Source: Flaccisagitta enflata (Eukaryota). From it: a DNA stretch of 64,000 bases. The stretch is from the NCBI GenBank assembly GCA_965153355.1, contig OZ231126.1, positions 23,126,001-23,190,000 of the forward strand, in the 5' to 3' direction. The notes beneath the pieces are model-generated. The model searched no databases and was not told the DNA's origin. It was given only the letters and a program-made list of their open reading frames with translations. Positions 12,028-25,616 of this stretch are shown here, piece after piece; position 1 is the stretch's first letter, and each line of letters starts with the position of its first letter. The translations under genes and the position numbers were made by a program.

Positions 12028-12834
12028 GAGCAGAGACAGAGAGTTAAAGAGTTTGGTAGAAAAAGTAAAAGAGGGAGAAACAAGGCCGGATACACGGCTA
12101 CCCCAGTCGCGTGCGGGTGGGCAGGGGCCATAATTGAGGTCAGTGGAGCATTTGGGCAGGAGCAGTAAGGCCAAAAACCCCATTAACGCCGAAAAAGTAA
12201 AGTGTGACGGACGGACGGACCGACGGACGGACGGAGAGAGAGAGTTAAAGAGTTTGGTAGAAAAAGTAAAAGAGGGAGAAAAAAAAAAACATCCTTTTCC
12301 TCTTCCCCTCTATCAAAACGCAGTGGGAATACCCAGCCAATAGAATGTACCATTGCATTGCCTGGGCATTCCTTCACTGCTAACAATTAAGCAACATTTA
12401 ACCAACAATTAGCTAACATTACGGAATAAGGTCACACAGGTCACGGGAATAAGGTTACATTAAGTAGGTCATGGGCAATTAGGGGGTCATTAGGGGCAAT
12501 TAGCGGAGTCATTAGGGTCAATTAGGGGATCATTAAAGGCAATTAAGGGTCATTAACTAGGTCATTAATCTATTAGTTAATGACCTAATTAGGTCACGGG
12601 GTCAACTGTTTCAGGATGCCCCTTTCCCCATCTCTATTGAACATTGCGGAATATTTTGGAGCATTGTGGAACATTTTGGAGCATTATGGAACATTGCGGA
12701 ACATTTTGGAACATTGTGAAGCATTGTGAAAATTGTGTTGTGAAAATTGAGTTGTGGAAATTGTGTTGTGGAAATTGCGTTGTGGAATGTAAGATAGGAA
12801 AGAAAGGAGGGAGGAAGGAAGAAAGGAAACAGCA

Positions 12835-14640
12835 GTATGTATGTATGTATGTAAGTATGTAAGTAAGTAAGTAAGTATGTAAGTATGTAAGTAAGTATGT
12901 AAGTATGTAAGTAAGTATGTAAGTATGTAAGTATGTATGTAAGTAAGTATGTATGTAAGTATGTAAGTATGTAGTATGTATGTAAGTATGTAAGTAACTA
13001 TGTATGTATGCATGTAAGTATGTAAGTATGTGATTATGTAAGTATGTAAGTATGTAAGTATGTAAGTATGTAAGTAAGTATGTAAGTATGTAGTAAATAA
13101 GTATGTAGTATGTTAAGTATGTAGTATGAAGTTATGTAAGTATGTAAGTATGTAAGTATGTATGTATGTAAGTATGTATGTATGTATGTATGTAAGTATG
13201 TATGTATGTATGTATGTATGTAAGTATGTAAGTATGTAAGTAAGTATGTAAGTAAGTATGTAAGTAAGTATGTAAGTAAGTATGTATGTAAGTATGTAAA
13301 TATGTAAGTATGTAAGTAAGTTAGTTGGTAAGTATGTAAGTAAGTATGTATGTATGTATGTATGTATGCATGTATGTATGTAAGTATGTAAGTAAGTATG
13401 TATGTAAGTATGTATGTATGTTTGTACGTATGTATGTACGTATGTAAGTATGTATGTATGTACATATGTATGTAAGTAAGTATTACTAAGTAAGTATGTA
13501 TGTAAGTATGTAAGTATGTAAGTATGTAAGTATGTAAGTATGTAAGTAAGTAAGTATGTAAGTATGTAAGTATGTAAGTATGTAGGTAAGTATGTATGTA
13601 AGTATGTAAGTATGTAGTATGTATGTAAGTATGTAAGTAGATATGTAAGTATGTATGTATGTAAGTATGTAAGTAGATATGTAAGTATGTATGTATGTAA
13701 GTATGTAAGTATGTAATTATGTAAGTATGTAAGTACCGGGTGGACATAAAAAAAGTAGTCACTTTATCTCAATAATATAAAGATGATTCTTAATTGCCTA
13801 TTATGTGATCATTCAAAATAAATAAGCCTTTTAATTTGTGTACATGAATATAATATACAAATTCAAATTATGTTTGGTGAATCAAAAAAAATTTTCAGGG
13901 CATTATTGCCTATTTATAACATAAAATGATGATTGATGATTGATAATCACTAGGGTTTTGGAAAGAATTTGTTTTTTTATTAAAAAAAAATTGATGCTTA
14001 TACTTTCCTAAGACCTACTTTTAATCAACTATTGCAATTCAAAAGCAAACTTTTGAGAGAACACTATTTTATACTCAATTTCAAGCAAAATTGTTCAAGT
14101 GGTTCCTAATTCAATTAAGCTTTTAGTCGCTGCCTAAGCAACTCTATAAGAGGGTGTGTCCCTGGGTCTGTCTGTCTGTCTGTCCGTTACGCGAAAATTT
14201 TGATGACGCAAAATTGATTGAAAAACGTATTTCTGACTATCACATCTCCTGCCTGGCGTCAATACAGCCCCCGCCCACTAATATACTGCCCCTGCCCACT
14301 CGCATTACTGCCCCTGCCCACCAGCAGCGACTACGGATTGGTCGTGTATCCAGCCTTGTTTTAAGATAACTTGAAAAATATTGATCTTCATAAAAAATAT
14401 CCATAATGGAACATGATGTGCACGATCATATCTAAATAACTAAAAAAAAGTTTTTACTTGGGAGAAATTTTATAAGTGATATAAAGAAATTAAAAGTTAC
14501 TTTTTTAAAGTCCACCCGTTATGTAAGTATGTAAGTATGTATGTAAGTATGTAAGTATGTAAGTAAGTATGTAAGTATGTAGTAAGTAAGTATGTAGTAT
14601 GTTAAGTATGTAGTATGAAATTATGTAGTTGTCTGTAGTA
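12835..14640. repeat. Compound (TATG/TAAG)n microsatellite, the central repeat of a HINE-like element whose 3' end is at about 14698
   Basis: Array 12835-13735 resumes at 14520 after a MITE. It is followed by CACGCGACT-gtt-GGCC tgtt GGGC-TTGTTT, resembling the HINE 3' end. Confidence 0.85.
13736..14519. mobile_element. Tc1/mariner-type MITE inserted in the microsatellite, containing a nested HINE (about 14120-14362)
   Basis: TA-CCGGGTGGACATAAAAAAAGTA ... TACTTTTTTAAAGTCCACCCGT-TA. Confidence 0.8.
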
Positions 14641-15268
14641 TGAAGTTGTGTAGTTTTGTGTAACTTAGCACGCGACTGTTGGCCTGTTGGGCTTGTTTAC
14701 TTCAAAAGTACTATGCTGATTCAATTTTTGGTGTTTCACTTATTTTTGGCCATTTTTGAAAATTTGCACGTAAATCTTATTTGTGGTTTTATATTTTTCA
14801 CTTATACAGTCAGCACTCTAACAAACATGTCTGTAAGGAAATTTACCTCTGAAAATAAAAGATTGCAGAATGTTCAAAACAAAATATTATGTAAGTCCCT
14901 TGAAGTTTGCTAGAATTCTTTTTAGATATAACTCACAAGTTTCCTTTGATAGATTAATGAAATTTAAACCCAACTTCTACTTTGCTCATAGACCCATTTT
15001 CTATTGCTTTTTTGAAAGAAGATTACAAATTTTGCTAATTTTCAGTTTTAGGCGTCTTTTAGGCGTCTAATGAAAATATCAAAATAAACACTGTTTTGAG
15101 AGCAAAAAAGGGATTTTCAGTACAAGGTCAGATACATGGCTACCCCAGTGACGTGCAGGTGGGCAGGGGCCACATTTGAGGTCACCAGAGCCTTTGGGCA
15201 GGAGCAGTGAGGTCAAAGAATTAAACAAGTGACGCAAGGTCACAAGATCATTGAGGATGGGTGGGCAG

Positions 15269-17236
15269 TAGCATGGGGGATCATGGCAAAAAATGGTCAG
15301 AGCCTTTATGTTCAGGAGATGTGCGCACCATTTCATGGTATAATGCACCAAAAATAATTTGGAGGTCGTCCGATGTTTGAAAGATGGCGCCGTCACCCCC
15401 CCCCCCCGAGTAAATTGGTGGTGGTGGTACAAATTTTGTTGTTTAAGGTCATTTTGACCTCAAAATTGGGCCACTTTGCCTTAAGAAAATGACAATAAAT
15501 CCATGAGATTATAAAAGTAGAGCTCAAGAGCTAACCAGTGGTGCAATCTGCATGTTTATATCGTAACCGGCTAAACCAGCCTACCACCCAACCATCCTAC
15601 CAGCCTGAAAGTGAAAAATGTGCATAATTATGTCGTTTTTCAACCGATTTGGTTAAAACTTGGTATGTGGTCTCTGACTGGAAGGACTCCACATATGAAT
15701 TCGATTTATAAAGATTTTAGCATGCTAACCATCCAAACCAGCCTACCACCCAACCAGTCTATCAGCCTAAAAGTGAAAAACGTGCATGACTTCAGCATTT
15801 TTCAATTGACATGGTTGAAAATTGGTATGTAGTCTCTGAATGGAAGGACTCAACATATGAATTTGATTCATAAAGATTTTAACATGCTAACCGGCCAAAC
15901 CAGACCACCACCCAACCAGCCTACCAGCCTAAAAGTGAAAAACATGCATAACTTTGTTATTTTTCAATTGATTTTGGTTGAAACTTAGTATAAAGTCTCA
16001 AAATGGAAAGACTCATCATATGTGTTAGATTTGTTAAGATTTTAGCATGCTTACCGACCAAATCGGCCTACCACCTAATCAGCCTACCAGCCTAAAAATG
16101 AAAAACCTGCATAACTTAAGCATTTTCAACAAATTTGGTTGAGACTTGGTATGTAGTCTCTAGATGGAAGGACTCAACATATGAATTTGATTTAAAAAGA
16201 TTCTAGCATGCTAACCCGCCTACCACCCAACCAACCTACCACCTTGTTCAAATTATGCACATTTATCACTTTGAAGGTGGTAGGTTGGTTGAGTGGTAGG
16301 CCGGTTAGCATGCTTAAATCTTTTTAAATCAAATTCATATATTGATTTCTTCTTTATAGAGAGCACATACCAAGTTTCAACCAAATTGGTTGAAAAATGC
16401 CAAAGTTATGCTCGTTTTTCACTTGTAGGCTTGTTGGGTGGTAAACCGGTTTGATCAGTTAGCATGCGAAAATCTTAACAAATCAAATACATATGTTGAG
16501 TCCTTCCATTTCAAGACTTTATACTAAGTTTCAACCAAATCAATTGAAAAATTACAAAGTTATGCACGTTTTTCACTGTTAGGCTGGTAGACTGATTGTG
16601 TGGTAGTCCAATTTGGCCGGTTAGTATGCTAAAATCTTTATAAATCAAATTCTTATGTTGAGTCCTTCCATTCAGAGACTACATACCAAGTTTCAAGCAA
16701 ATCAATAGAAAAATGCCAAAGTTATACACATTTTTCACTTTTAGGCTGGTAGGCTGGTTGGGTGTTAGGCTGGCTTGGCCGGTTAACATGTTAAAATCTT
16801 TATAAATCATATTCATATGTTGAGTCCCTCCATTCAGAGACCACATACCAAGTTTCAACCAAATCGTTTAAAAAATGCCAAAGTTATGCATGTTTTTCAC
16901 TTTTAGACTGGTAGGCTGGTTGGGTGGTGGGCTGGTTTGGCCGGTTTTGATAAAAACATGCAGATTGCACCACTGGTTAGCTCTTGAGCTCTAGTTTTAT
17001 AATCTCATAGATTTTTTGTCATTTTTCTAAGGCAAAGTGGCCCAATTATGAGGGGAAGATGATCTTAAACAACAAGATTTATACCACTTTACTCAGGGGG
17101 GGGGGGGGGTGGCGGCGCCATCTTCCCGACATCGGGCGACCTCCAAATTTTTTTTGGTGCATTATACCATGAAATGGTGCGCACATCTCCTGAACATAAA
17201 GGCTCCAACCATTTTTTGCCATGAACCCCCGTGCTA
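15269..17236. mobile_element. Non-autonomous hAT-like foldback element with ~162-bp internal subrepeats
   Basis: Termini TAGCATGGGGGATCATGGCAAAAAATGG / CCATTTTTTGCCATGAACCCCCGTGCTA, 8-bp TSD GTGGGCAG / GTGGGCAA. The whole element is palindromic about position 16258, with about four 162-bp units per arm. Confidence 0.88.
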
Positions 17237-20200
17237 GTGGGCAAGGGGTAGCCAATCCTCATCCACACCCAACGCCCCTCTTAACCCCCTTTCAACGCAG
17301 TCACTTACACAAAAAGCTTCTACAACACTCGTTTCCCCACTTTTCGACTCACACTCAAGGACCGTTGGACCAATGGACGGGCTGATGGCCCAATGGGCGG
17401 ACAAAGCCTCTTCTAAAGTTGCATGTCTGCAACTATAAACAAGAAAAATGTGACTGACTGAGAGACCAACCAATCAACCAGCTGATGTTTTTGATTTTAT
17501 TGGCCAATGATTGACTAACATATACTACAACTTTTTAAGGACCCCTCTGAAAAAAAATTGGGACGGGTGTTTTTTTTTTTTTTTTTTTTTTGTTTTTCGT
17601 TTTTTTTTTTTTTTTTTTTGGTTTTGAGATATTTTCAAATTTGCTACAAATTTACAAATGCATGTATTGACAAAAAATACAGTTCATTCTGCAATGGTCT
17701 CTTTTCTTCTTTTTCTTCTTCTTTTTTCTTTTTTGCAATCTTCTCGTTTCTTGTCCCAATATCTGTTACCTTTTACTCGCAAGCGGACCGGTGACTTTTT
17801 GCGTTGCTGTGCTGGTTGGTGGCTTGGTGCTGTTGTTGTTGATCTATCAGTGAGCTAGTTAGCGGCTTTATCATCCGATTCTTAACAAACGTTATCTTCT
17901 ATGGATTGAAGAAGCGGCAAATTTTGATGCAAGGAGTTAAATATTCTTGATCAAGAGTTAATGGCATTGTTTCTAAATGAGAGAGGGATCAGTTAAAAAG
18001 GAACAAGATACTAATAATAGGGCTGTACAATAAAATCACGTGCGCCCTCGAATCTCTGTAAGGCGGTGTGTTAGTCTGAAGGTCCATAAGACCATCACGC
18101 AAGTCAACACCCAACAATTATGCGGAAAAACATAGCACCCGCGATAGTTAATTCTAACTAGCCAGTAAAATAGTCAAAATTATCAAAATCCTGACAGTTA
18201 ACTCCAGGACAACAGCTAGTTAAACCAGGGAAAATGAGTAAAAATCACCAATTTTTCCTCAAATACGGAAACTTAAAAAGTACTGCAAGAAAGAGAAAAT
18301 CTATCATGAAAATACTTATTTTTAAAAGCATTGCTTGAAAGAAAAAATCATTCTACCAAAACGTTGCCATCGAGTAAATGAAAATTTTGACTATCATATC
18401 AATTTACAAGCGGAAATGACAAGTAGCTATTGACTAGTTGATCATGGGTAGGCACTGGGAGAATTGTGTTACGCAACTAATAACTAGTATGCTGAATGAA
18501 AAAAAGCCAAAATGCCAAAAGATATACTTCACTGACAAATATTTACATAAAAACTAAAAAGCTCATAGCTATGATGAGACGCTTCATAAAAAAAAAAAAG
18601 AAGTTACACGGGGTCACAATATCGGTACGGACGGGTGGGCAGGGGCATCCAACCCCCGTCCACAACCCATGCCCCCCCACCAACACATATACGACGTCAA
18701 ATCTGCCAGGGAAAAATTAACTGCTTCACCCCACTTTTGCATCAATAATGGACTAATCATCCATCCACAAATGGTTTCATTGCTCAAGTTGTCACTGGAT
18801 ACACTTGTTATGCCTGTCTGTTTCAGATTTTACGCTTTCAGTTGCCTTTTGATAAGCAATTCTCACGGCAAACGGCAAGAAACTGAAGATTTTTGGTAAA
18901 ATTTCGTTGACATTTTTTTCTATTTTCTGAGGTCGAAATTATAAGGAAGCCACAACCAAAAAAAATTTTGCATTTTCAAAAACATAGTCTCTCTAAAAAG
19001 GATTTGGGAAGAGAACTATGTTCTTTGTTTTTTCATTTTTTCATTGTCTATGCAAACTTATAATTTCGACCAACCCCCTGTCAGTGACAAAAAAGAAATT
19101 TGTCTAAATTTTCACTAAATCTTCCTCAATAACATAGGCGAAATCTTAGTCTCTTGCTGAATGGATGCAAAATATGCTTTCAAATATCATGCATGTCTTA
19201 TCTCAATCATTTTTATTCACTTGATTTTCTATTTTCACTCATTTATGTTTTCTATTTTGACCCATTTTGATACCCTAAATGTTGGCTTCGTGGGCACGCT
19301 TTCATTCCCAGACAGGTCGCCTAAGGGCGATATATCGTCAGCGATACCCGTTGCCCTGCTCTGCATGATAGTGAAATGGATCGAGAGGAAGCAGGACAGC
19401 GGCCCCAAAGGGGACGAAGTCCAGTAGAACACAAGGGACTTTCGTTCGTTTGTTCGTTCGTTTGTCCGTCTGTCCGTTCCCCCCAGGCCCTCTCAGGCCT
19501 TAAATCTACCCTCCCAGGCCTGAAATCTAACCTTTCAGGCCTGAAATTTACCCTCTCAGGCCTCGAGAGGGCAGATTTGATGAACTTTTTAATCCTTTGA
19601 TATACAGACTTGGGATTGGTCTAGAATGAAAGATAATTCAAAAATCTTCAAAATTACTTTGTTTGATAATCGCCCATGAGATTATTTTAAGCCATTTCAT
19701 TAGATACAGAAATGATACAATAGTTTTCCAAATTAGTATTTTATCATGTGGTCTAAATAGTGGTTGACTGTGACAGACTGCAACTTTTAAACGGTTTGAG
19801 ATACAGACATGGGATTGGTCTCGAATGATGGAAAATTCAAAAATCTTCAAAATCATTTTAATGGAGAACAGTTTTAACAATTTTTTTTCAGTCATTTCTA
19901 TCAACCATTGATGAGGTGTGTTTTTTTTCGCGTAGTATCATTATTGTTGAAATAGCTCTCGATATCACATGAGTACCTCATAATCAGGAAGCTCTACCCT
20001 GTCGTCAGAACCCGGCCTATTCACAAAACGCACGATGGTCGATTTGATTTTTTCTTTGTTTCTTCGATAAGTCACCCCAGTGACGACTATGAGTAAAAGG
20101 ACAATGGCACTAATGAATCCCAGCAGATTCCTTGGGAAAGAATCTAAGGGAGCGCAACTGTAATCATATTTGGTATAATTTTCCCCCTGTTTTTCCTGCA

Positions 20201-20934
20201 TCGGAACAATATTTCCATTACTGCACCAGACGTGTATTGTTTTTAGGCCCTCTATCATTTCATATCCACTTTTGCAACTTTTTTTTGCATTTTGATTCTA
20301 TTTCGTTGACCCTCTCGCATTTCCACGCAACGTTGGCATCCACATCCGTAGGTGGACACGGAGTGCGGATCGCACATCTGTGTTCCTCACGCCATTTTCC
20401 AGTTTTGTCGCATTGGAAGACAGACTTTGCATTCGATCCTTCGAGACATGGTCGAGAACACTCAGCGTTGAAGTGATAACCTGAACAGTTCCAAAAGGGA
20501 CTGGTTCCGTTTTCTTTTCTACCGGCATTGAGATCTGAGCATGAAATTGATGAAGAGCTGGGGGAAAAGAAAAAAAAACAAGTCGTTATTTTCTAATGAT
20601 TTCCAGAAACAAAGGATTTCGTGTTAAACAACCAGGTAATTCGCTCCGTGCTTTGAATCGTTACAACACTTGTGTTATCCAAAATGTTGTAACTGTTGGT
20701 ATGCCTGTGTTACATAACAACTTAAAAATGCCTTAATGACACCCTTGGGGGTTTCATGAAGTGTGTTTATGGGCGTTACGAAACGCAGGCATACCAGCTG
20801 TTACGTAAAGTCTGTAAATTGGCCTAATAAAAGGGTCCTAAGGATACCATGATGGAAGCTAGACTTACACATCCATTGCTTGATTTATTATTTAGTCAAT
20901 CATAGATACACGCCATCATATCATAAATGGCAAT

Positions 20935-21255
20935 TTTAGCTGTGTCAACACACTGTTTATTGGCTGTGTCAACACCACTACTTATGGTTGTATTAACACT
21001 TGGTCATCTTAAAACCTCTTTGGAATTGTGTCAATACACCAATTTTTGTAAGTGTCAACACGCCCATTTTTGTAAGTGTCAACATGCCCATTTTTGTAAG
21101 CGTCAACACAACCGTTTTTGTAAGTGGCAACACACCCATTTTTCCTTGTGTCAACACATTCATTTGTAGTTGCTTCATCGACTACAATTTTGATTGTGTT
21201 GAAGCGCCCTTTCTTACTAGTGTCAACAGGCCCCATTTCAGTAGTGTCAACATGC
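20935..21255. repeat. 24-bp minisatellite GTGTCAACACACCCATTTTTGTAA
   Basis: GTGTCAA-like starts at 21028, 21052, 21076, 21100, 21124 and 21148, plus degenerate flanking units. Confidence 0.8.
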
Positions 21256-22659
21256 TCTTTTTGGGCAGCTGCTTCAAACCTGGTCTTTCAGACCTCAAAC
21301 CAGCCATCTAAGCCCCTATTTTATGCCTCATGTCAGCCCTCTCAAGCTTCCAATTGGCATTCTCAGGCCTTACATCAGCCTTCTTAGACCTCAGTTTAGG
21401 CTCTTGAAGGCCTTCAGTCAGCCCTCTATAGCATCTCATCCACTTCAGGCAAGTCCCCCTGTGTTCTACAGGACTTCGTCCCCTTTTGGGCTGCTGCCCT
21501 GCTTCCCCTCACTCCAATTCACAATCACGCAAAGCAGGTCAACACGTATCAATGACCATATATTGCCCTTGGGCGACCTGTTGTTTGTCCGTGCGTCCCC
21601 CCAAGGCCTTCTCAGCCCTGAAATCAGCTCTCTCAGAACTAAAATCTACCCTCTCAGGCCTGAAATCTGCCCTCTCAGGCCTTGAATCTGCCCTCTCAGG
21701 CCTGAAATCAGTCAACTTAGGCCGAAAATCTTCCCTCTCAGACTCTAGGTCTGAGAGGGAAGATTTCAGGCCTGAGAGGGTAGATTTAAGGCCTGAGAGG
21801 GCGGAGTTCAGGGCTGAGAGGGTCTGAGGGGCGGACAGACAGATGGACGAAAGAATGGACGCACAAATGAAAGTCCCCCTGTATTCCAAAGGACTTTGTC
21901 TCCTTCAGGGCCGCTGCCCTGCTTCCCCCATTCCAATTCAGAATCATGCAAAGCAGGGCAACGGGTATCGCTGACCAGATATTGCCCTACATATTGCCCT
22001 TGACCATGCAGAAGCCCTCTGGGCCCCCTGAGGCCCAGGCTCCTATAATTTGTATAGGGTGTATAGGCCTCTACAGGCCTCTGCTGCTCTCACTCTACTT
22101 CTTCAGCTGATCACAATACACAACAGGTATCGCTGACCATATGCAATCGTTGGATGACTTGCTTATTGCTGCCCCTGCCCACCAGCACGCAACTAGGTAG
22201 CTATGTCTCTGGCCTTATTCTTAAGCATAATAAGGATTCATCGCATTCCTCCTCTGGAGTATGCTAGTGGTTTTCAGTCGCATGCTACGCAACTCTACAA
22301 CCCTGTCTATCCATCCAACTATGGGGCTTTTGGGCGTGCCGCTCCTGCCCAAATGCTCCCCTGACCTCAAATATGGCCCCTGATCAGCCACACGCAACTG
22401 GAGGTAGTTGAGGATTGGCTTCTCTAAAAAAGGCTTTGTCCATCCATCTGTCTGTCCATCAGTCTGTGTGCACAAGTGGAGAAAACAGGCATTTCCGCTC
22501 CTGCCCACCCGTCTGCGACATGCATTGGTTGTGTATCCAGCTTTGTTTTTTTTCTTTGTCAAAACAAATCCATTTCTTGACAATACAAGAATGGGTGCTT
22601 CAAGAACAATCTTTTTTTGCATTTACCAAACGCTAATAAGTGGTGTTTCCTTACTTCAC

Positions 22660-22895
22660 ATTTTGGTGTTTATGAAATGCCAAACATTGTGTTTCTGAAA
22701 TGCCAAAAACGGTGTTTTTGAAATGCCAAAAATGGCCTTTCTGAAATGCAAAAAATGGCATTTCTGAAACGCCTAAAATGGCGTAATTGAAACACTAAAA
22801 ATGATGTAAATGAAACGCCAAAAATGGTATTTCTAAAATGCCAAAAGTGCCGTTTCTGAAACGCCAAAAAGGGGGTTTCTGAAACACTAAATGCT
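22660..22895. repeat. ~22-bp minisatellite TTTCTGAAAYGCCAAAAATGGC
   Basis: About 10 degenerate units; a further unit follows the MITE at about 23390. Confidence 0.75.
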
Positions 22896-22918
22896 GTTGT
22901 TGCATAACTTAACATTTA

Positions 22919-23385
22919 CAGTAGATTTTGTCTAGACTTAGAAATACGGGGGAGCTCATAACCTGAGTATTAGTAAAGTGAGGGGGCTGATATTTTGCAG
23001 ATGTAATGTGTAAACCCTAAAGGATTGACGATGGGGTATGATATCCCCCTACGGCTTATCTTAGGAAAAAGACTTTTAGTATAAAACTATAGGAACAATC
23101 ATTTTTTTTGCAGAATTTCAGCTTCATCTATTTGCTGGAATAGTAAAACCAGCCGTGGATTTAAACCTTAAATTAAAAGATCAGTAACTGATAAATCTGA
23201 TGTCAAGTGAGTTAACCACTAGACCAACTTCTGAAGCTGATTTTATGACGAAAATTTGATTGAGTGTATTAAAGGGAGTTTTCCATCCACAGAGCTGCCA
23301 TACCCCATCGTCAACCCTTCAGGTCATAAGCATTATACATACACAGTTTCAGCCCTGTATTTCTAAGTCTAGACAACATCTACTG
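22919..23385. mobile_element. Tc1/mariner-type MITE (same family as 43056-45723)
   Basis: TA-CAGTAGATTTTGTCTAGACTTAGAAATAC ... GTATTTCTAAGTCTAGACAACATCTACTG-TA. Confidence 0.9.
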
Positions 23386-24396
23386 TATGCCTTTCAGAAA
23401 CGCAAAAAGCGGGCCTTTTGATACAAGAAAATAGTAGCTACATTTAGTTTTTTTAGCACCGGTATGCCAGCTGTATGAAACGCCCCCAAAAACGTGTTTC
23501 AAAACTGCAGCATGCCATGAGTGTTGTAACACCAAAAAAAGATCGTTTTGTAACGGCCCTTAATGGCTGTGTCATAACGATATTTTTCATGGGTTAATGA
23601 CAGATTTTCTGTGTCACTAGCTTCAAAAATGGCCGTTTTGAGACAACCCCAAAGCACGTGACGGACTATCTCGCACTTGTACAAGTGCATTAGGAGTTAG
23701 GATTTTTTAGTCGCGGACACGCGACTCTACACCTTGCCGTGTCGGTCGGTCGGTAGGTCGGTAGGTCGGTCCGTCCGTCCGTCCGTCCGTCACATTTTTG
23801 AATTCCGAGCGGTTTTCGCATTACTGCTCCTGCCCAACCGTCCGCGACTGGATTGCCGTGTATCCGGCCTTGTTTTCTTTAGACCACCACGATAATGGAA
23901 TCTTATGAAAAGAAAATAGCCAGCACGTTTTAATAACACTCTCAGTATTAGTGTCCTCAAAAAAGGATACCTGACACATTTTTCATGGGGATAAATCCAG
24001 CTACCGTCATCAGAGCAAGTTGCCAGAATTTCCTTCTTTGCGATAAATTTTTGGTGGCAAATCAATTTACATTGGTATCCGGTTAGAATCCCTTCCGATC
24101 CGCACTGACACCTCCAATAACCGTTCTTTCCTACAACTGTGGCAGCCTGAGAAAATATGATTTTTTTAGCAAGTTAGTGCAGGAATTTCGAATTATATTT
24201 CCTATTTAGCAAAGATTTGGTGCAGATGGACACTGTCCATTGGACAGGGGGAGTGTAGCAGAAAGAGTACTTGAGATTAATGTAGGGACAGTGATGGCAA
24301 AACTACCTAAAATGTAGTGGAATTTGTTTGGCCAGATGGACAGATGGACGAATGTGAGTAATAGAAATACTGTCATAGGTGAGAGGCAAGAGAATT

Positions 24397-25616
24397 TAGT
24401 GTTCGCAAAAGCAGTGGATTTTATTTCTGCTAGCAGAAAGCAGAAAAGATATTTTCCTGCTAGCACTGCTAGCAATAAAGAGCAGTACTATGCATATATA
24501 TAAACTTACCGTTATGCCCTTTTACCATCCAAAAATGGGTAAAAACTACCAAAGAAGAGAAAGTGTAATGGACTTTTAACACATTTGCATTAAATGAGGC
24601 AACAACAAGGCCAGCAACAAGACCAGATATATGACACCACTATATTGGGTGGCTGGGCACTGTCATTACAATGCAAAAAAAAAACCACAAACAATTTAAG
24701 TGTTACAAACCGACGGAGCAACTGTCCAACAGACAAGGAGTCCTATGTCTGCAAAAACAGAATTAAACATAAAAATGTGTGTTTCAGGAAGGAGAAAGTT
24801 TCAGTGTCTTGCCATCGTAAGTATTAGAGGAGCATGAGAAGGTGCCTATATGGATACGTTCTTTATCGCGACATCATATTCATCTGGTGTTTTCTTGTGG
24901 TCTGCATATCTCAGAAATAGACAGGAATTGGTTACCCGTTTAAAAATAGCACATTACTTTTTGGTATCTCAAGATAATCTGTGCAGTGGGAGTATTTTCT
25001 GAAAAAGGATAGTACTTAGTAAAGGGTCCAGATTTAACACCATTAAGAGCTCTAAAGGCTCAGGTCTTTTTACTAGGTAGTTTTGGTGGTAATGTTATCC
25101 AACTTTCACAACAATCACCTGGTTTTCAATGAATAATGATGGAGGAAGCCAACACTTTTAGATGGCATATTGTATGAATTACTTTATCAGCAATCGTCGC
25201 AATAAGCATCTCAGCTGCACTAGATGCACATTCTTCCTCTTCCTCTTCTAGAGTTCAGCTGAAAAGGTATTTTTTGTAGTCTTGAGTCCAATAAATATTT
25301 CCAATTTAGCATGTCTTTCTGATTCTGGATGTATCCCATCAGTTCAAGGTAATTGTCATGAACAGCCTTTACATATTTATGTATAAAATTATCATTTTCT
25401 GAAGATTTTTTCAACATTGACATAAAAAAAGAGAACAGAAGAAATCTTTGTAGATATTTTATTTGAATTTTTACCAGAAAATGGACGGGGAAGTCTCAAA
25501 ACATTAGAATTTTCACTGCTACTTACTGCTAGCAGCTGAAAATTTTCTGCTAGCAGAGCAGTTTCAAATTACTGCTAGCAGCTCTGCTAGCAGATTGCCT
25601 GCTCGTGCGAACACTA
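24397..25616. mobile_element. hAT-like non-autonomous element with TGCTAGCA subterminal repeats
   Basis: TIR TAGTGTTCGCA / TGCGAACACTA; imperfect flanking duplication caagagaat / caagagat; clustered TGCTAGCA at both ends. Internal 24830-25130 is homologous to 55370-55680. Confidence 0.65.
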
